Of a stretch of 64,000 nucleotides of DNA, positions 1 through 11,727 are shown one piece after another. The DNA is from Octopus bimaculoides (taxonomy: Eukaryota). Under the pieces are notes generated by a model. It was given only the letters and a program-made list of their open reading frames with translations, was not told where the DNA came from and ran no database searches. The position numbers were made by a program, and so were the translations under genes. The DNA lies in NCBI RefSeq assembly GCF_001194135.2, contig NC_068984.1, forward strand, positions 3,784,192-3,848,191. The letters are read 5' to 3'. Numbering within the stretch: the first letter of the stretch is position 1; each line of letters starts with the position of its first letter.

Positions 1-341
1 CTCACCACATGTCCATACCAGCGCAATCGTCTCTCTTGCACGCCACAACTGATGCTTCTAATGTTCAGCTTTTCTCTCAAGATACTTACACTCTGACGGG
101 TATTCACATTGACATTACACATCCAACGGAGCATACTGGCTTCTTTCCTTGCGAGCTTACGTATGTCCTCAGCAGTTACAGCCCATGTTTCACTGCCATG
201 TAGCATGGTTGTTCGTACGCATGCGTCATACAGTCTGCCTTTTACTCTGAGTGAGAGTCCCTTTGTCGCCAGCAGGGGTAAGAGCTCTCTAAACTTTGCC
301 CAGGCTATTCTTATTCTAGCAGCTACACTTTCAGCGCAACC
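1..341 (-). mobile_element. RTE-clade LINE, 5'-truncated; C-terminal part of the RT ORF (runs off the window start)
   Basis: Minus strand translates without stops as GCAESVAARIRIAWAKFRELLPLLATKGLSLRVKGRLYDACVRTTMLHGSETWAVTAEDIRKLARKEASMLRWMC...QERRLRWYGHV. The LYDACV/LHGSETW and RRLRWYGHV motifs are typical of RTE. Confidence 0.9.
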
Positions 342-613
342 AGAGTAAGCACATAAATGTGAAAACAAGGTGTAAAAAGAGTACGCGAATACCAGAGGGT
401 AGAGTAATATGCTTTATTTAAAAGCAGCAGAAATATAACAAAAGCTGCTACTCAGAGTTCCACGTTCCCGTTCATCGGACAGTTTTGTTAAAATGGAACA
501 GAAATAACGATATGATAAAAACTATCATTATTTCTGTTCTATTTTAACAAAACTGTCCAACAAATGGGAATGTGAAACAGCTTTTGTTATATTTCTGCTG
601 CTTTTAAATAAAG
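342..613. mobile_element. Penelope-like element terminal repeat (pLTR) in inverted head-to-head arrangement
   Basis: Inverted repeat 412-508 / 528-613 (ctttatttaaaagcagcagaaatataacaaaagctg ... cagcttttgttatatttctgctgcttttaaataaag). Each arm carries an HHR-like motif. Confidence 0.7.
436..490 (-). ncRNA. Minimal type I hammerhead ribozyme motif with core variants
   Basis: RNA reads UAACAAAACUGU-CCGAUGA-ACG[GGAA]CGU-GGAAC-UCUGA-GUA-GCAGCUUUUGUUA. Helix I has 12 bp with a bulge, stem II is closed by a GNRA loop, helix III is the near-palindrome ACUC-U-GAGU, and the site is GUA. It deviates at U4C and has GGAA instead of GAAA. Confidence 0.7.
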
Positions 614-616
614 TAT

Positions 617-900
617 GTATATAATATATATATATACAGATATATAAAATATATATATATACAGATATATAAAATATATATATATATTATNNNNNNNNNN
701 ATATAATATATATATACAGATATATTAAATATATATATATAATATATATATAATTTTTGTATATGTATATATATATATAAATAGAATAAATATATAATAT
801 ATAATGTATATATAATATATAATATATAATATAATACATAATATATAATATAATATAACATATATATAATATAATATAACATATATATAAAGACATACAC
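617..900. repeat. (TA)-rich low-complexity tract containing a 10-N gap
   Basis: Direct inspection. Confidence 0.95.
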
Positions 901-1237
901 AACACATATCAAAGTATGAGTACATGTATTGTTCCACCTATACTGACTTATCGATTCATTAATACAAATTACTACATGTGTTGTTTAACCATTTCTCTGT
1001 TTATTGCACCTGTCATCTTGATCAATTGTCTGTTTACCATGCTGGAATGAGTTGACCAGTTTAACATGAGCTGGCAAGTCATAAGAACATGGAAAGTCCA
1101 ACCGCATAAATCGGCAGCTGAGTTTCTTACTAACATTATGCTTTTTTTCTTTCTTTTTTTTTAAACAATATAAATATTTCACAGATGAAAAGAGTAACAT
1201 GTAGTCTATTATTGAAATGGCATCTATTCCCCATGTA

Positions 1238-2068
1238 CAGGGTATTGGGGCTAAATTCGACCGTTTGCATAAAGGAAAAGAAAACACAATACTCAATCCA
1301 AAAAGGAAAGTATTTATCTTAAAAAAAAAAATCAAAAATTCTCTGGAACCTTGTCCATGCATTACTCAGTGCATTCCTGAGAAGATATTCAAACACTTTC
1401 CTGATCTTGGCCATCAGCTCACCCTTAGTGTCGCAGACAGTGGTTGATGCCTTTCTCAAATGTGATCTACACACAGTAACCCATCAGATTACAATCAGAG
1501 AAATTAGGAGCCCAGAAATTGGAACTGGTGAAGTCAGAAATTCTCCAACAACCACTTGTGACATTTTGTAGAAGCATGACAAGGGGCCAATTCCTGCAAC
1601 CATACACATGGCCCTCCAGCAGCAACTCTCTGCAGCTAAGGTTTCACTTCAGTCTCCAGCAGTTTCATATAGCCATCTGAATTGAGCCAAGGACCCTATT
1701 TAAAGATGTGGGGATGAATTCTGGCACATGAACATAGTCAAAATGCCTGCTGCATCTCTTCCTACAGGTCATAGCTTCGTACTCTCCATTGCATCTGTTC
1801 ACATCTTTACCATGTTCTGATGATGATGATAGAGCACTGAGCAGAAGTGATGATGTTAGCATTTTGACACCCGGTGTGAACCACCATGATACGGGTAACC
1901 TTTGCCAATATTCAGACGACTTCTAGTCCTCCCATGTCAACTAACTTTTTCTCTACTACAATTCTGATCTTTATGCTCACCAATGCTGTTGACTATTCAT
2001 TAATAGACTGAGCTGTTCTTGGAAAAAAGGAGACATAAAAGATCATCAAATTTAGCCCAAATACCCTG
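1238..2068 (-). mobile_element. Internally deleted Tc1/mariner (DD37D/maT-like) DNA transposon, decayed
   Basis: 20-bp TIRs cagggtattggggctaaatt and aatttagcccaaataccctg (1 mismatch), with TA on both sides. Minus-strand remnants LQRVAAGGPCVWLQELAPCH...WAPNFSDCNL and GELMAKIRKVF resemble the copy at 42233. Confidence 0.85.
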
Positions 2069-2591
2069 TATATTGATTACATGAAAAGTATACTAAATGG
2101 TAAGAAAGTAACCTGCAGGGTTACATATAATACCGAAATTAAATTGGAGAGTCTAGATTCCTCTGAAATTTAAACAAACTAAATGAATCAAATTCCCTTT
2201 AAAATGTAACTGATGTCTTTAGACAATTGACAGAGTTAAAGGAATGGAGGAGATGGAATGCATTTCTGATCATGAAACAAATGAGAGATGAAATGAATTC
2301 CATCAAACTATAATGACTTGATATATACCAGCAGTCATTACATACTAGCCTCAAAATCTGGGTTCTTTGACAAGAATGCGTCATCAAGTACAGTAAATAT
2401 AAGTGACTGGCATTGGTTTTATGTATCCTTATCAATACAAATTAAATGGATATTGTAACTTATATTGTCCTCTTTATAACATATGACCCCAAGCATATAA
2501 CTACCCTGATCCCAACTGTTTGGGCTGCAACACCCTCTTGGTACCCCATTCTATCACCAATAACATTACCTCATAAGTTCATTATCTATTA

Positions 2592-2975
2592 ATCTCTAAA
2601 TGTTGAAGAGGTAGACCCAGTAAGACATGGGATGAGGTGGTGAAATATGATCTTCAGCTATTGAATCTCATGGAGGTGATGACAAGTGACTGAGACTATT
2701 GGCAATTTGCTGTGCTTGAGAAGACACATCAAGTTTAGTGAAATTGTAGTCGTGGCCAGTGTCACGTAAAAGACCCAAATGCCAGTAACACATACAAGGC
2801 ACCCATACTGGGGACACGTCAAAGGCACCCAGTACACTATGGAGTGGGTGGCATTAGGAAGGCTGTCCAGTCATAGTAACCAAGCCAAAACAGACTCCAG
2901 CTTAACCAATTCCAATCAAACCATCTAATGCATGCCAGCAAGGAAATTGGGTGCTAAATGATGATAATGATGACA
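2592..2975 (+). mobile_element. RTE LINE 3' end (ORF end, 3'UTR and GAT tail), decayed
   Basis: Encodes KTWDEVVKYDLQLLNL...WQFAVLEKTHQV, followed by ggcattaggaagg... and an atgatgataatgatg tail. Confidence 0.75.
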
Positions 2976-3365
2976 TAACAAAAAACAACCATCAACAATA
3001 ATTTATTTTGAATAATTAGTAAACAGTGATTAACAAGAATCTATGGTGTTCCAGAAAATGAAAATAAAAAAAGGAAAATTGATAAGTTGTGATGTTCATT
3101 AGTGATACATGGAAAATAGTTAAACCACAAATTTGAATTTAGAGTTTTTATTTTTATGACATAAGCTCTGTACATGGAGATATCTTTATAAATATATCTA
3201 TTTAGATGTATTGACTAAGAGTGTGGTAGCTCCATATAATTATTTCTAGTCGCAATTTTAATGCTCCTTGCATGGAATATGTTAAACTAGCTTAACTCTA
3301 TTACTTCTGCTGAATGTAACAAGTAAACAAGAGGTTTACATCAAAGAACTGAAAATAGAACAAGA

Positions 3366-3413
<48 letters not shown>

Positions 3414-4174
3414 CGTGCAGGATATTCTAAAAACAACCATGTTTGATGTGGTTGGATTTGGCTTCTCTTGCATTGAGGGTTTCCACAGACTTCCATCAGT
3501 TAATTGTTTCATTGTAAGTAGAATGGTTGAAGACTGAGTATTTGGATTTACGCTACATGCCAGACAATAACATCAGTTAAATCCTTTTCCTGTACATCAG
3601 TGTGTGTGAGTGTGTGTGAACAACATAGGTGAAAATAACTGAATAAATTAGCAATAAAGAAAGTAGAAATCTAAGAAGAAATACAAGTTAATGGGGGGAC
3701 AACTCCAGTAATGAATGAGGCATGTGGAGATAAAAGTCTATACCAAATGTATGGAAAGAGGGAATGGCAGAAATGAGAAAGATGGAAAGATAAAGGAGGT
3801 GGGAGGAAAGAGGAAGAATAAGAAAATGAAGGAGAGAAAGAACAAAACAAAGAAAGAAAACAAGATTCAATGAAAGACTAAAAGGAAGAAAGAAGTAAAT
3901 GAACAAAACTAACTGAATGAAAGAAAAAAAAAACAAATAGAAAAAATGTGAAAGAACATGCAAGGAGATGATTAAATATAAAATAGGATGGGAATGGAAT
4001 TAAAGACAAAAAGAAAATAGGAGAGAAGATAAAGTGGAACAGTGTTAGGGAGGGGGGAAAACCAGGTGAGATAATGCCAGAGTGAGGTGCACACCTGTGT
4101 CTCAAGAAAATTTAGAATTTAGATGTGGCAAGAAGAATTTCATAAATATTGGTTTGATTATTGTTATGATGGGT

Positions 4175-4233
<59 letters not shown>

Positions 4234-4507
4234 NNNNNNNNNNAGAGAGAGAGAGAGAGAGGGACATATATAGTAGGTTGTGTGTATGTAGTGAACTGTA
4301 TGTGCACATAGTGTAGGCATGGTTGTGTATATGAACTGTTGCACCAATCAACAGTGCACAATATGGAATAAACATTAAGATATACATATTTTAATTAATG
4401 TAAATATGAAATTATATACTTTATTTCAGAATTATACATATATACAAATTACACACCCACTTATGAATGTGAAAATTACTGATTATATATATGTATATAT
4501 ATATACA

Positions 4508-4547
<40 letters not shown>

Positions 4548-5652
4548 ATACACACATACACAAAGAAACATCCAGTCCCATACATATACAGATATAAATA
4601 AGCAAATTAAAATCTCTCCACATACACATGACTATGACAGCTCAGACCAGCAGCATGGGGGACACAAGGTCGGTACTAATGTATTCTTGACAAGAAAAGC
4701 TTCAACCTAAACAACCCACACACACACAAATAGATACATAAAATATGTCTGTCCAGTCCAGCAGTACAAGTTTTTGACCAGGAAGCTTCAGTCAACACAA
4801 CTAAGAAGGAAAGAAAAAATAAAAGATGGCAAATAAGAAGTGCAGAGATGTCTCATGCTGGCTGGTAGGGCTGAAGATTGATAGTTCAAGAGGTGAAGAA
4901 GTTGGCTGGGCAAGAAGAAGAAGAAGAAGAAGATTGGCAGATTGCAAATAAACAACAGAATGCACATTAGCATGTGTACACACATTTTATTAGTAACTCC
5001 CATATGCACATTGTGTGTAGATGCAGTCATAAAAGGAGAATATGTAATGTAACATTCAATTTAGTATGCGTATACAGGTCACAGTCTACACATGATTATG
5101 TATATATGGGTATATATGGGAAGTTTGATTGAATATGTAAATATTCATAAATACGTATGTTTAGATGCATGTGCAAACACACACGCATATACACCTACAC
5201 AGTTATCCATATATATCTACACAAAGTGCCATGCTAAAAGGTAACCATTCTGGTGTATAAACACACACACACACACACACACACACAGAATATTTGTGTA
5301 ATGATTGGCTTTATGTGAAGGACATTTGGGAAGAGAAAAGCTAAAATTGGTGAGGCTGATAGTGAAAAGAACTTTTGAAAGTGTATCTGACAGACAAAAC
5401 AACTTTATTAGCAACAACATAATTACAACAAAACCAAGTCCATTAGTAATATCAGCCATAATAACTATCAATAGACACACCTCTGTCACCTTGAAGGTTG
5501 GAGAATCAGAAAACAAATATGGAAATAAACAGTAAACATAAACAGGTAATATAAAGAGAGTGGAACAAACAAAACGGATAAGCAAGGAGATAGGTATGTT
5601 AGTATTGAATATATAATATTGCTACACACATACCACCAGATATATAGAAATT

Positions 5653-5697
<45 letters not shown>

Positions 5698-5707
5698 NNN
5701 NNNNNNN

Positions 5708-5748
<41 letters not shown>

Positions 5749-7540
5749 GTGTGTGCATGTGTGTGTGTGTGTGTGTAGGTATGTAGGTAAGTAGGCTGGC
5801 TGGTAGGTCGGTAGGTGGATAAATGATCTCGGAAGATAGATAGGTAAATGGACAAACATAGACACAGAGTCCACTAAAAAGGCAAGAAGATTAACATAGA
5901 TATATGATAGACTACAGTTTAATGTATACATACATAATTAGATATATATGAAAAGAGAGAGAGAGACAGACAGACAGACAGAGAGATGAGAATATCAAAA
6001 CAGAGAGGCAGAAAGGTAATGAATTGAGGGGTGGCGGGGTACAAGTAGAGAGAAATGTGCAGTAAAGATATAACTGAGTTTGATTAGGAAACAGAGAGGT
6101 GGGGATGAAAGAAAGAGAAAAAAGGTGAGAGAGAAAGGAAAAAGAAGAAGAAAGATAAAGAGAGTAGAAGAAGATAAAAACAAATACGTAATAGAAAAGG
6201 AGGGGGGGAATGATAAATAAGGAGAGACTAGATAAATATAATTAAGGTGGGATTGATAAATAAAATTTGGAGAAACTATATTGGATGGAATAAGAGAAGC
6301 CAGTTTGTTAGTGAATCTACTGCTAGACTGTCAGTCTCCTTTTGACCACTATTATTTACAAGTTGCTTGGTTGGTCAGCAGTAGCTAGCACTGGCTACAA
6401 TGTTGATCTACTATTTTCTGTGCATGAGTTCCACAAAGATGTAAACACATACTTTGGCCTTCCTAACTATTGATTGTCCATGTTCACACCCTTCATCAGT
6501 GGTTGATCAATAAGCATGGCTGGCCACAACTAGCCAGTCAGCCGGCTGCAGCTGCTGCTGCTGGTTTCATAGTTGGCCAGAGCATTTGCTGTCTGCCTTG
6601 TTGTCTAGCTGTCTGTCTGTCTGTCTGGCCAGCCATCAATCTCTCCATTACTCACTCTATCCTACACTATGGAACTAAAGCAATCACACACACACACACA
6701 ACATCAGCAGCAGCAGCAGCAGCAGCAGCTAGATCGGCAACAAACAGTAGCCTTGCTTGACCAGTGGCTTCACTTTTCGAACTGTACAGCAACTGAATAC
6801 AACTAGAAAGATAAAATTATGGATATCAGTACACTAACATGAAAATATGGCTGAACCATTGTCTGTCTGCCTCTCTCTCTCTCTCTCTCTCTCTCTACAT
6901 ATATATATATCATCATCATCATCATTCAATGTGATGATGATGATATATATATTGGTGTACATAAACACACACACACACACACGCAGACTTTTATATTAGT
7001 GTAAGACTGGAGCCTGAAATGACATTAGGTTTGATTGCACAACATTGTAACTGAATGTATGTGTAATAACCATACATGCACGTCTCACCACACCCTTAAC
7101 ACACACACACACACATGCACACAAATAGCCAATACTCTATTTTCATTTGTTTCCTGCACTACATTGTAGTGTAAAGGTGTCACTTATACATATATTTATA
7201 TATATTTCATACATATCATTATTAATAAATGAAATAACTGCGAAAGACAATTTTAATTAACTGACTGAAATATTTTATGAATTGTTTATAAATTCAGGAT
7301 TTATTTCTTTTAAAAAAGGAAAAAAAAAAGGCCTGCTAAAATCAGCCTTTTCTTTCTGCTGTTTTGTTGAAGAAATAGTTCTAAGAAGAGGAAAATTGGA
7401 AGTTTGGGAGTTGATGACATTTCAAAGAGCATTAGCTTTGTAATTCTATTTTTTGGTGTGTGAGGGGATAGGGGGTGATACAGTCCTTCCAGTTTCTTAC
7501 AGCTTGTTAAATAACAATCATCAAGAAACATAATAATAAT

Positions 7541-7677
7541 CTTTTCTACTAAAAGCACAAGGCCTGAAATTTGTGGGGAGGGGACTAGCTGATTACATCA
7601 ACCCCAGTGTTTCACTGGTACTTAATTTATCGACCCTGAAAGAATGAAAGGCAAAGTTGACTTCGGCAGAATTTGAA
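7541..7677 (-). mobile_element. SINE family D fragment (ATT-tailed)
   Basis: Matches the copies at 31208 and 60441 (tttgcctttcatc...gggtcgataaattaagtaccag...tgatgtaatc...aggccttgtgc). Confidence 0.75.
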
Positions 7678-7699
7678 AATAATAATAATATAAACAAAC

Positions 7700-7881
7700 C
7701 CTCCCAAATACAACTGTCGGGGGTTTCTACAAAAGTAATCCCAATTGTCATAGGTGCTCTACATACCACCACCAACAGACTTAATAGCTCCCTCATTGAG
7801 ATTGGTATAACTCCGAGAATTGCATTAATTCAGAAATTTGCTCTTTTGGGCACAACAAGGATTGGAAGAAAGGTCTTTTGA
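7700..7881 (+). mobile_element. 3' end of an R2-superfamily (R4/Dong/Rex6-like) non-LTR retrotransposon ORF
   Basis: TKVIPIVIGALHTTTNRLNSSLIEIGITPRIALIQKFALLGTTRIGRKVF* resembles the IPVVIGALG...QKxALLGTARILRKVL C-terminus of RLE-type LINEs. Confidence 0.7.
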
Positions 7882-8207
7882 TATTTTAGGCACTAGTTGT
7901 GATCTGGTATCAAGGACATAAAAGAAAGATGCTAGCCAGAAAATGTAAAATAACATCAATCTGACATAGCACAGGGAATCAAGTGTTACTATGGTTAGAG
8001 GTTTAAATATTTTGAGTAATTATAGAAACCATTTGCATGAGTATTAAAAGAATTTCAGGACTAGTGGGTGGGGGGGATAAAAAGAAATTCAGAGAATTGG
8101 TGACTGGTCTGATGGAAAACTAAACCAACTACAATGCTGATACCAAATAGTTTGGTAGAAAAGCTTCAGCGAGTGACTGATAGAATCAAGTGTTGAACAA
8201 CACTTAA

Positions 8208-8423
8208 CTCTTTTGTTACCAAATTCCTGTTAAAATACACAGCCATTGTTTTAATTATTTTGGTAATAGTGGAGAATAAAATAACTTTCTTATTATGAAA
8301 TTGGAGTTTGGAACGAATTAATATGGAATTTTTATGAAAGGTCTTTTAATTTAGTTTACTTTAAAAAAGAAAATTTCTATCACAACTCCATGGGTGGTTT
8401 TAGGTAGTTTGGTATCAAAAGGG
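8208..8423. mobile_element. piggyBac-type MITE (216 bp)
   Basis: TTAA at 8204-8207 and 8424-8427. The 16-bp TIRs ctcttttgttaccaaa and tttggtatcaaaaggg have 2 mismatches. Confidence 0.75.
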
Positions 8424-8778
8424 TTAAATCAGGACCCAAATGAGAATGCCTTGACTTAATATGATGGTCTCTGGCTTGACCATTGAAATAGCTTCCATTG
8501 TACTCTCAAGACATACACAAAGAATTGATCAAGCAATGCAGGAGGAAGTAACATTAATTATCTCATGTTCTCGCTGCTCCTTAAGTTAATTAGTTATACA
8601 TACAAAGTGTAATTAGTTATTGTTAGTATTAATTCATCTTTTGGTTATGGATACAGAGAAGCACTACTGGTAATGAAATAGGAACCTTCAACTTGTTGGT
8701 TAGATAACATAACATCCAACAGACTTCAGTAACAAGACAAAAGACAAACTCAGAGTATTACAAATATATTTGTTTATA

Positions 8779-9246
8779 CAGTAATCACTCATCATATTGC
8801 GATTCACCTATTGTACCCTCAGTACATCACGTATTTTTCTGGCTAATATAATTAAATTTATATCGCGGACTCCTCAATATATCATAGATTTCTGCGACCA
8901 ATAGGTATTTAAATTTTTTAAGATTTTAATTATTTCTGCCTAAAAATTAATAAATAATGATACAGTAGAGTACTGCACTTTATAACACATTAATTACGAT
9001 ATATTAAAAGAAAATATGTAGTGCATGGAAGATGAGTAAACAAGAATCACACATACTGTATGGAAAGCGAAACTTGGGAGGTGAATGTGTGGTGTTGTTT
9101 GGCATTTATAATAAAATAAATATATACAAATTATAAAAATAATTTTAAAAAAATTTACAGTACAATACTGTTTATACTTCACAGATTTTCACCTATCATG
9201 GGGTGTTTTGGAATGTGACACCCATGATAATTGAAGGATTAATCTG
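8779..9246. mobile_element. pogo/Tigger-like non-autonomous DNA transposon, decayed
   Basis: TA followed by cagtaatcactcatcatattgcg at the left, and a degenerate inverse catgataattgaaggattaatctg at the right. Interior is AT-rich and non-coding. Confidence 0.55.
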
Positions 9247-9326
9247 TGTGTGTGTGTGTGTGTGTATGATGATTAGTAGCAGGGATGACATGCATATTTG
9301 TGAAGCATTTTTTTAGGTGCAGGGGT

Positions 9327-9678
9327 AACCACATGGTTCCAGGTTCTGTCCCACTGTGTGGCACCTTGGGTAAGTGAGCTTAGATCGACCAAAGCCTTGT
9401 GAGTAGGTTTGGTAGAGGGAAACTGAAAGAAGCCTGTCATGTGTGTGTGTGTATGTGTAAGCATGTATGTATTTGTCTGACCACCACCATCACTCGACAA
9501 CCCGTGTTGGTATGTTTATGTCCATACAACTTAGCAGCTCAGCAAAACAGATCAATAGAATAAAGTACCAGGCTTTAAAAAAATTACTGGGGTCAATTCA
9601 TTCAGTTAAAATTCCTCAAGGCAGTGCCTCAACATGGCCACTGTTGAATGACTGAAACAAGTGAAAGATAAAAGATAA
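9327..9678 (+). mobile_element. SINE family A (tRNA head, CORE-like ggcaccttgggcaagt block, internal microsatellite)
   Basis: Same family as the copies at 22435, 25796, 30575, 32817, 40858 and 61111. Ends catggcc...gactgaaacaagtgaaagataaaag. Confidence 0.85.
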
Positions 9679-10630
9679 CAGATGTGTGATTGTAGAAAAG
9701 AATTATCTACAGACAGCTTATGAGTTTAATTAAAAATTATCATTGCTGCTCTTAAGAACCAAACAAAATGTTTACGCAGTGGACATAGAGCATGTTTTTA
9801 CAGACAAGATACCAAAAAAAAAAATTCCACTTTGGGTTTCTTTCTTTAATCTAAAGAGAAAAATATATAAATTTTGCACAAGTTCAGTATTTGACAGAAG
9901 TTTACTGCTGAATAAACAGCCACCTGCTCTGCTGAATGAATTACAATTTATCACAAACAGACAGATCCATAAAACATTTCTAAATATAAAGATATCAAAC
10001 AAGAACCTATATTATACTTACAAACCTTAGAATTTTTATGTATTTTATTCAGTGTAAATATGGTCCTTTCAAAAAGAGGGTTTCAACAATAACAAGACTA
10101 CAACCCAGAAGGAAGGAAAGAGCAAAGGGAAAGAGCTTTCAGAAGATCTAGAGTATTTTAGGTCAGTTACTGGTCATTAAGTGTGCAAGTACAGCAATAT
10201 ACATACAGATGGGAAGTATACCACACACACACACACACACACACAGTGTTCGTGTGTTTATATACATTTATATACTTACATATTTACATACCTATTATAT
10301 ATGACATAATGTAATATGTATAGACACAGACATTAAATGATGGTGATGGTGACACATACGTATCCACAAGATGACCACTCACCACACCCACACACACACA
10401 CATATATATAGACATAAACAGATGTAAGATGCAAGGATCAAGGTGTATGAAGAAAAGTTAGCTTCAAGCAATCCATAGTAAATATAAAAAAACAACTTTC
10501 AAAGACCATAGTGGTTTATTGAGATGGAAGGTTGTGGACTTTTTTCATATCAAATTATGATAAATTGAAAAAAGTTATTTTTATATTTCATGGTAGGCAA
10601 CCAGGGTTGCCAGATATGTGACTAAGAACA

Positions 10631-10827
10631 CAAGAGTTAAGGAATGGAGTAGATAAGATTGAATCTTCCGTGTGTTAACATGTATCTCCTTCATTAAATC
10701 AAGATACCCTTGGCCTGAAGAGTAGCCTGCGGTATACACCTCGCTTGGATATTTACCATTTCCAAGGTTCCGCTCGCTATGAAATATATGTAGCCTGGAT
10801 CTTATCTACTCCATTCCACAACTCTTG
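10631..10827. mobile_element. 197-bp foldback element with 29-bp terminal inverted repeats enclosing a hammerhead; probably PLE-derived
   Basis: caagagttaaggaatggagtagataagat (10631-10659) against atcttatctactccattccacaactcttg (10799-10827), 2 mismatches. Confidence 0.75.
10701..10803 (+). ncRNA. Type I hammerhead ribozyme with intact core and extended stem II
   Basis: CUGAAGA at 10715-10721. Stem II is GUAGC/GCUAU, then GCGG/CCGC, then a CUUGGA/UCCAAG hairpin. GAAA at 10781-10784, helix III AUAUAUGU, GUA site at 10790-10792. Helix I pairs AAGAU-A-CC-CUU-GGC with GCC-U-GG-AUCUU. Confidence 0.8.
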
Positions 10828-11565
10828 TATGTATGTATGTATGTATGTATATATATATATATGAACAGATAATTAGGTACACACAATCGTTATCATTTTT
10901 CACACAGGTAATTGGGTTGAACAGGTCCCTGACTTCAGAGGAAGATGTTATTTGAAGTTATCAACCCTCCAACATCAATTATGGGTCCCCATCTTTCTTG
11001 TACATTCTATTTGGGACATGGTTTCTAGGGCTTCATGCACTTCCTAGCACTGTTAAGGTCATCATACCAACAGCAATACAGAGAATGAGTTCATTTGTGG
11101 CAAGACTGAAGAATCTTCTCTAACTTGCAATGTCTCAGATTGTTCAAGACATGTGATGATGAGAGAGAAGTGAAATGAAAGTGAGGTGATAGATGAGAGA
11201 ATATGAATGAAGAGAGGGAAGAAGAGAGAAATAGGAATGGAAGTGTGATTAATGATGGAGTAATGGAAGAAAGACATTGGTGGGTAGCTACATACTGTGT
11301 GTTGATATGGAAATTGAAGAGAAGACATGACATAGGAGTGAGACAGCAGGATGACAGAGAAGGTAATAGAGAGTGTGGGAATGATGGGACACTAATGTGA
11401 AAGAGTGAGGGATAGAAATAGAAATGAGGGAGTGAGAGAGAGTAGGACATTAAGTATGGACAGATCTCAATCTACCACCACAGCAACAAGAACATGACAG
11501 TCATTTTATTTATATACACATATGATAGATTGCTAGCCACAACACATTCTTTATTTTCTCTCCCT

Positions 11566-11607
11566 GTTTCTTTCTGTGGAAGAGCGTAAGCTCGAAACGT
11601 TAAAGAC
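11566..11607 (+). ncRNA. Minimal HHR-like motif in a probable PLE tail (about 11530-11690); A6U deviation
   Basis: GUUUCUUU-CUGUGGAA-GAGC[GUAA]GCUC-GAAAC-GUU-AAAGAC. Helix III is the palindrome ACGU, stem II has a GNRA loop, and helix I has 5 bp. Confidence 0.55.
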
Positions 11608-11727
11608 TTTTTCACTTCCCGAGCATTAAACTAATACATCTGTTTGTTGTCTACACCACCTGTCTTCATCTTTTGTTTTTTGTGAATTCTCCCCCCCCCC
11701 TCTCTCTCTATATATATATATCTCGTC

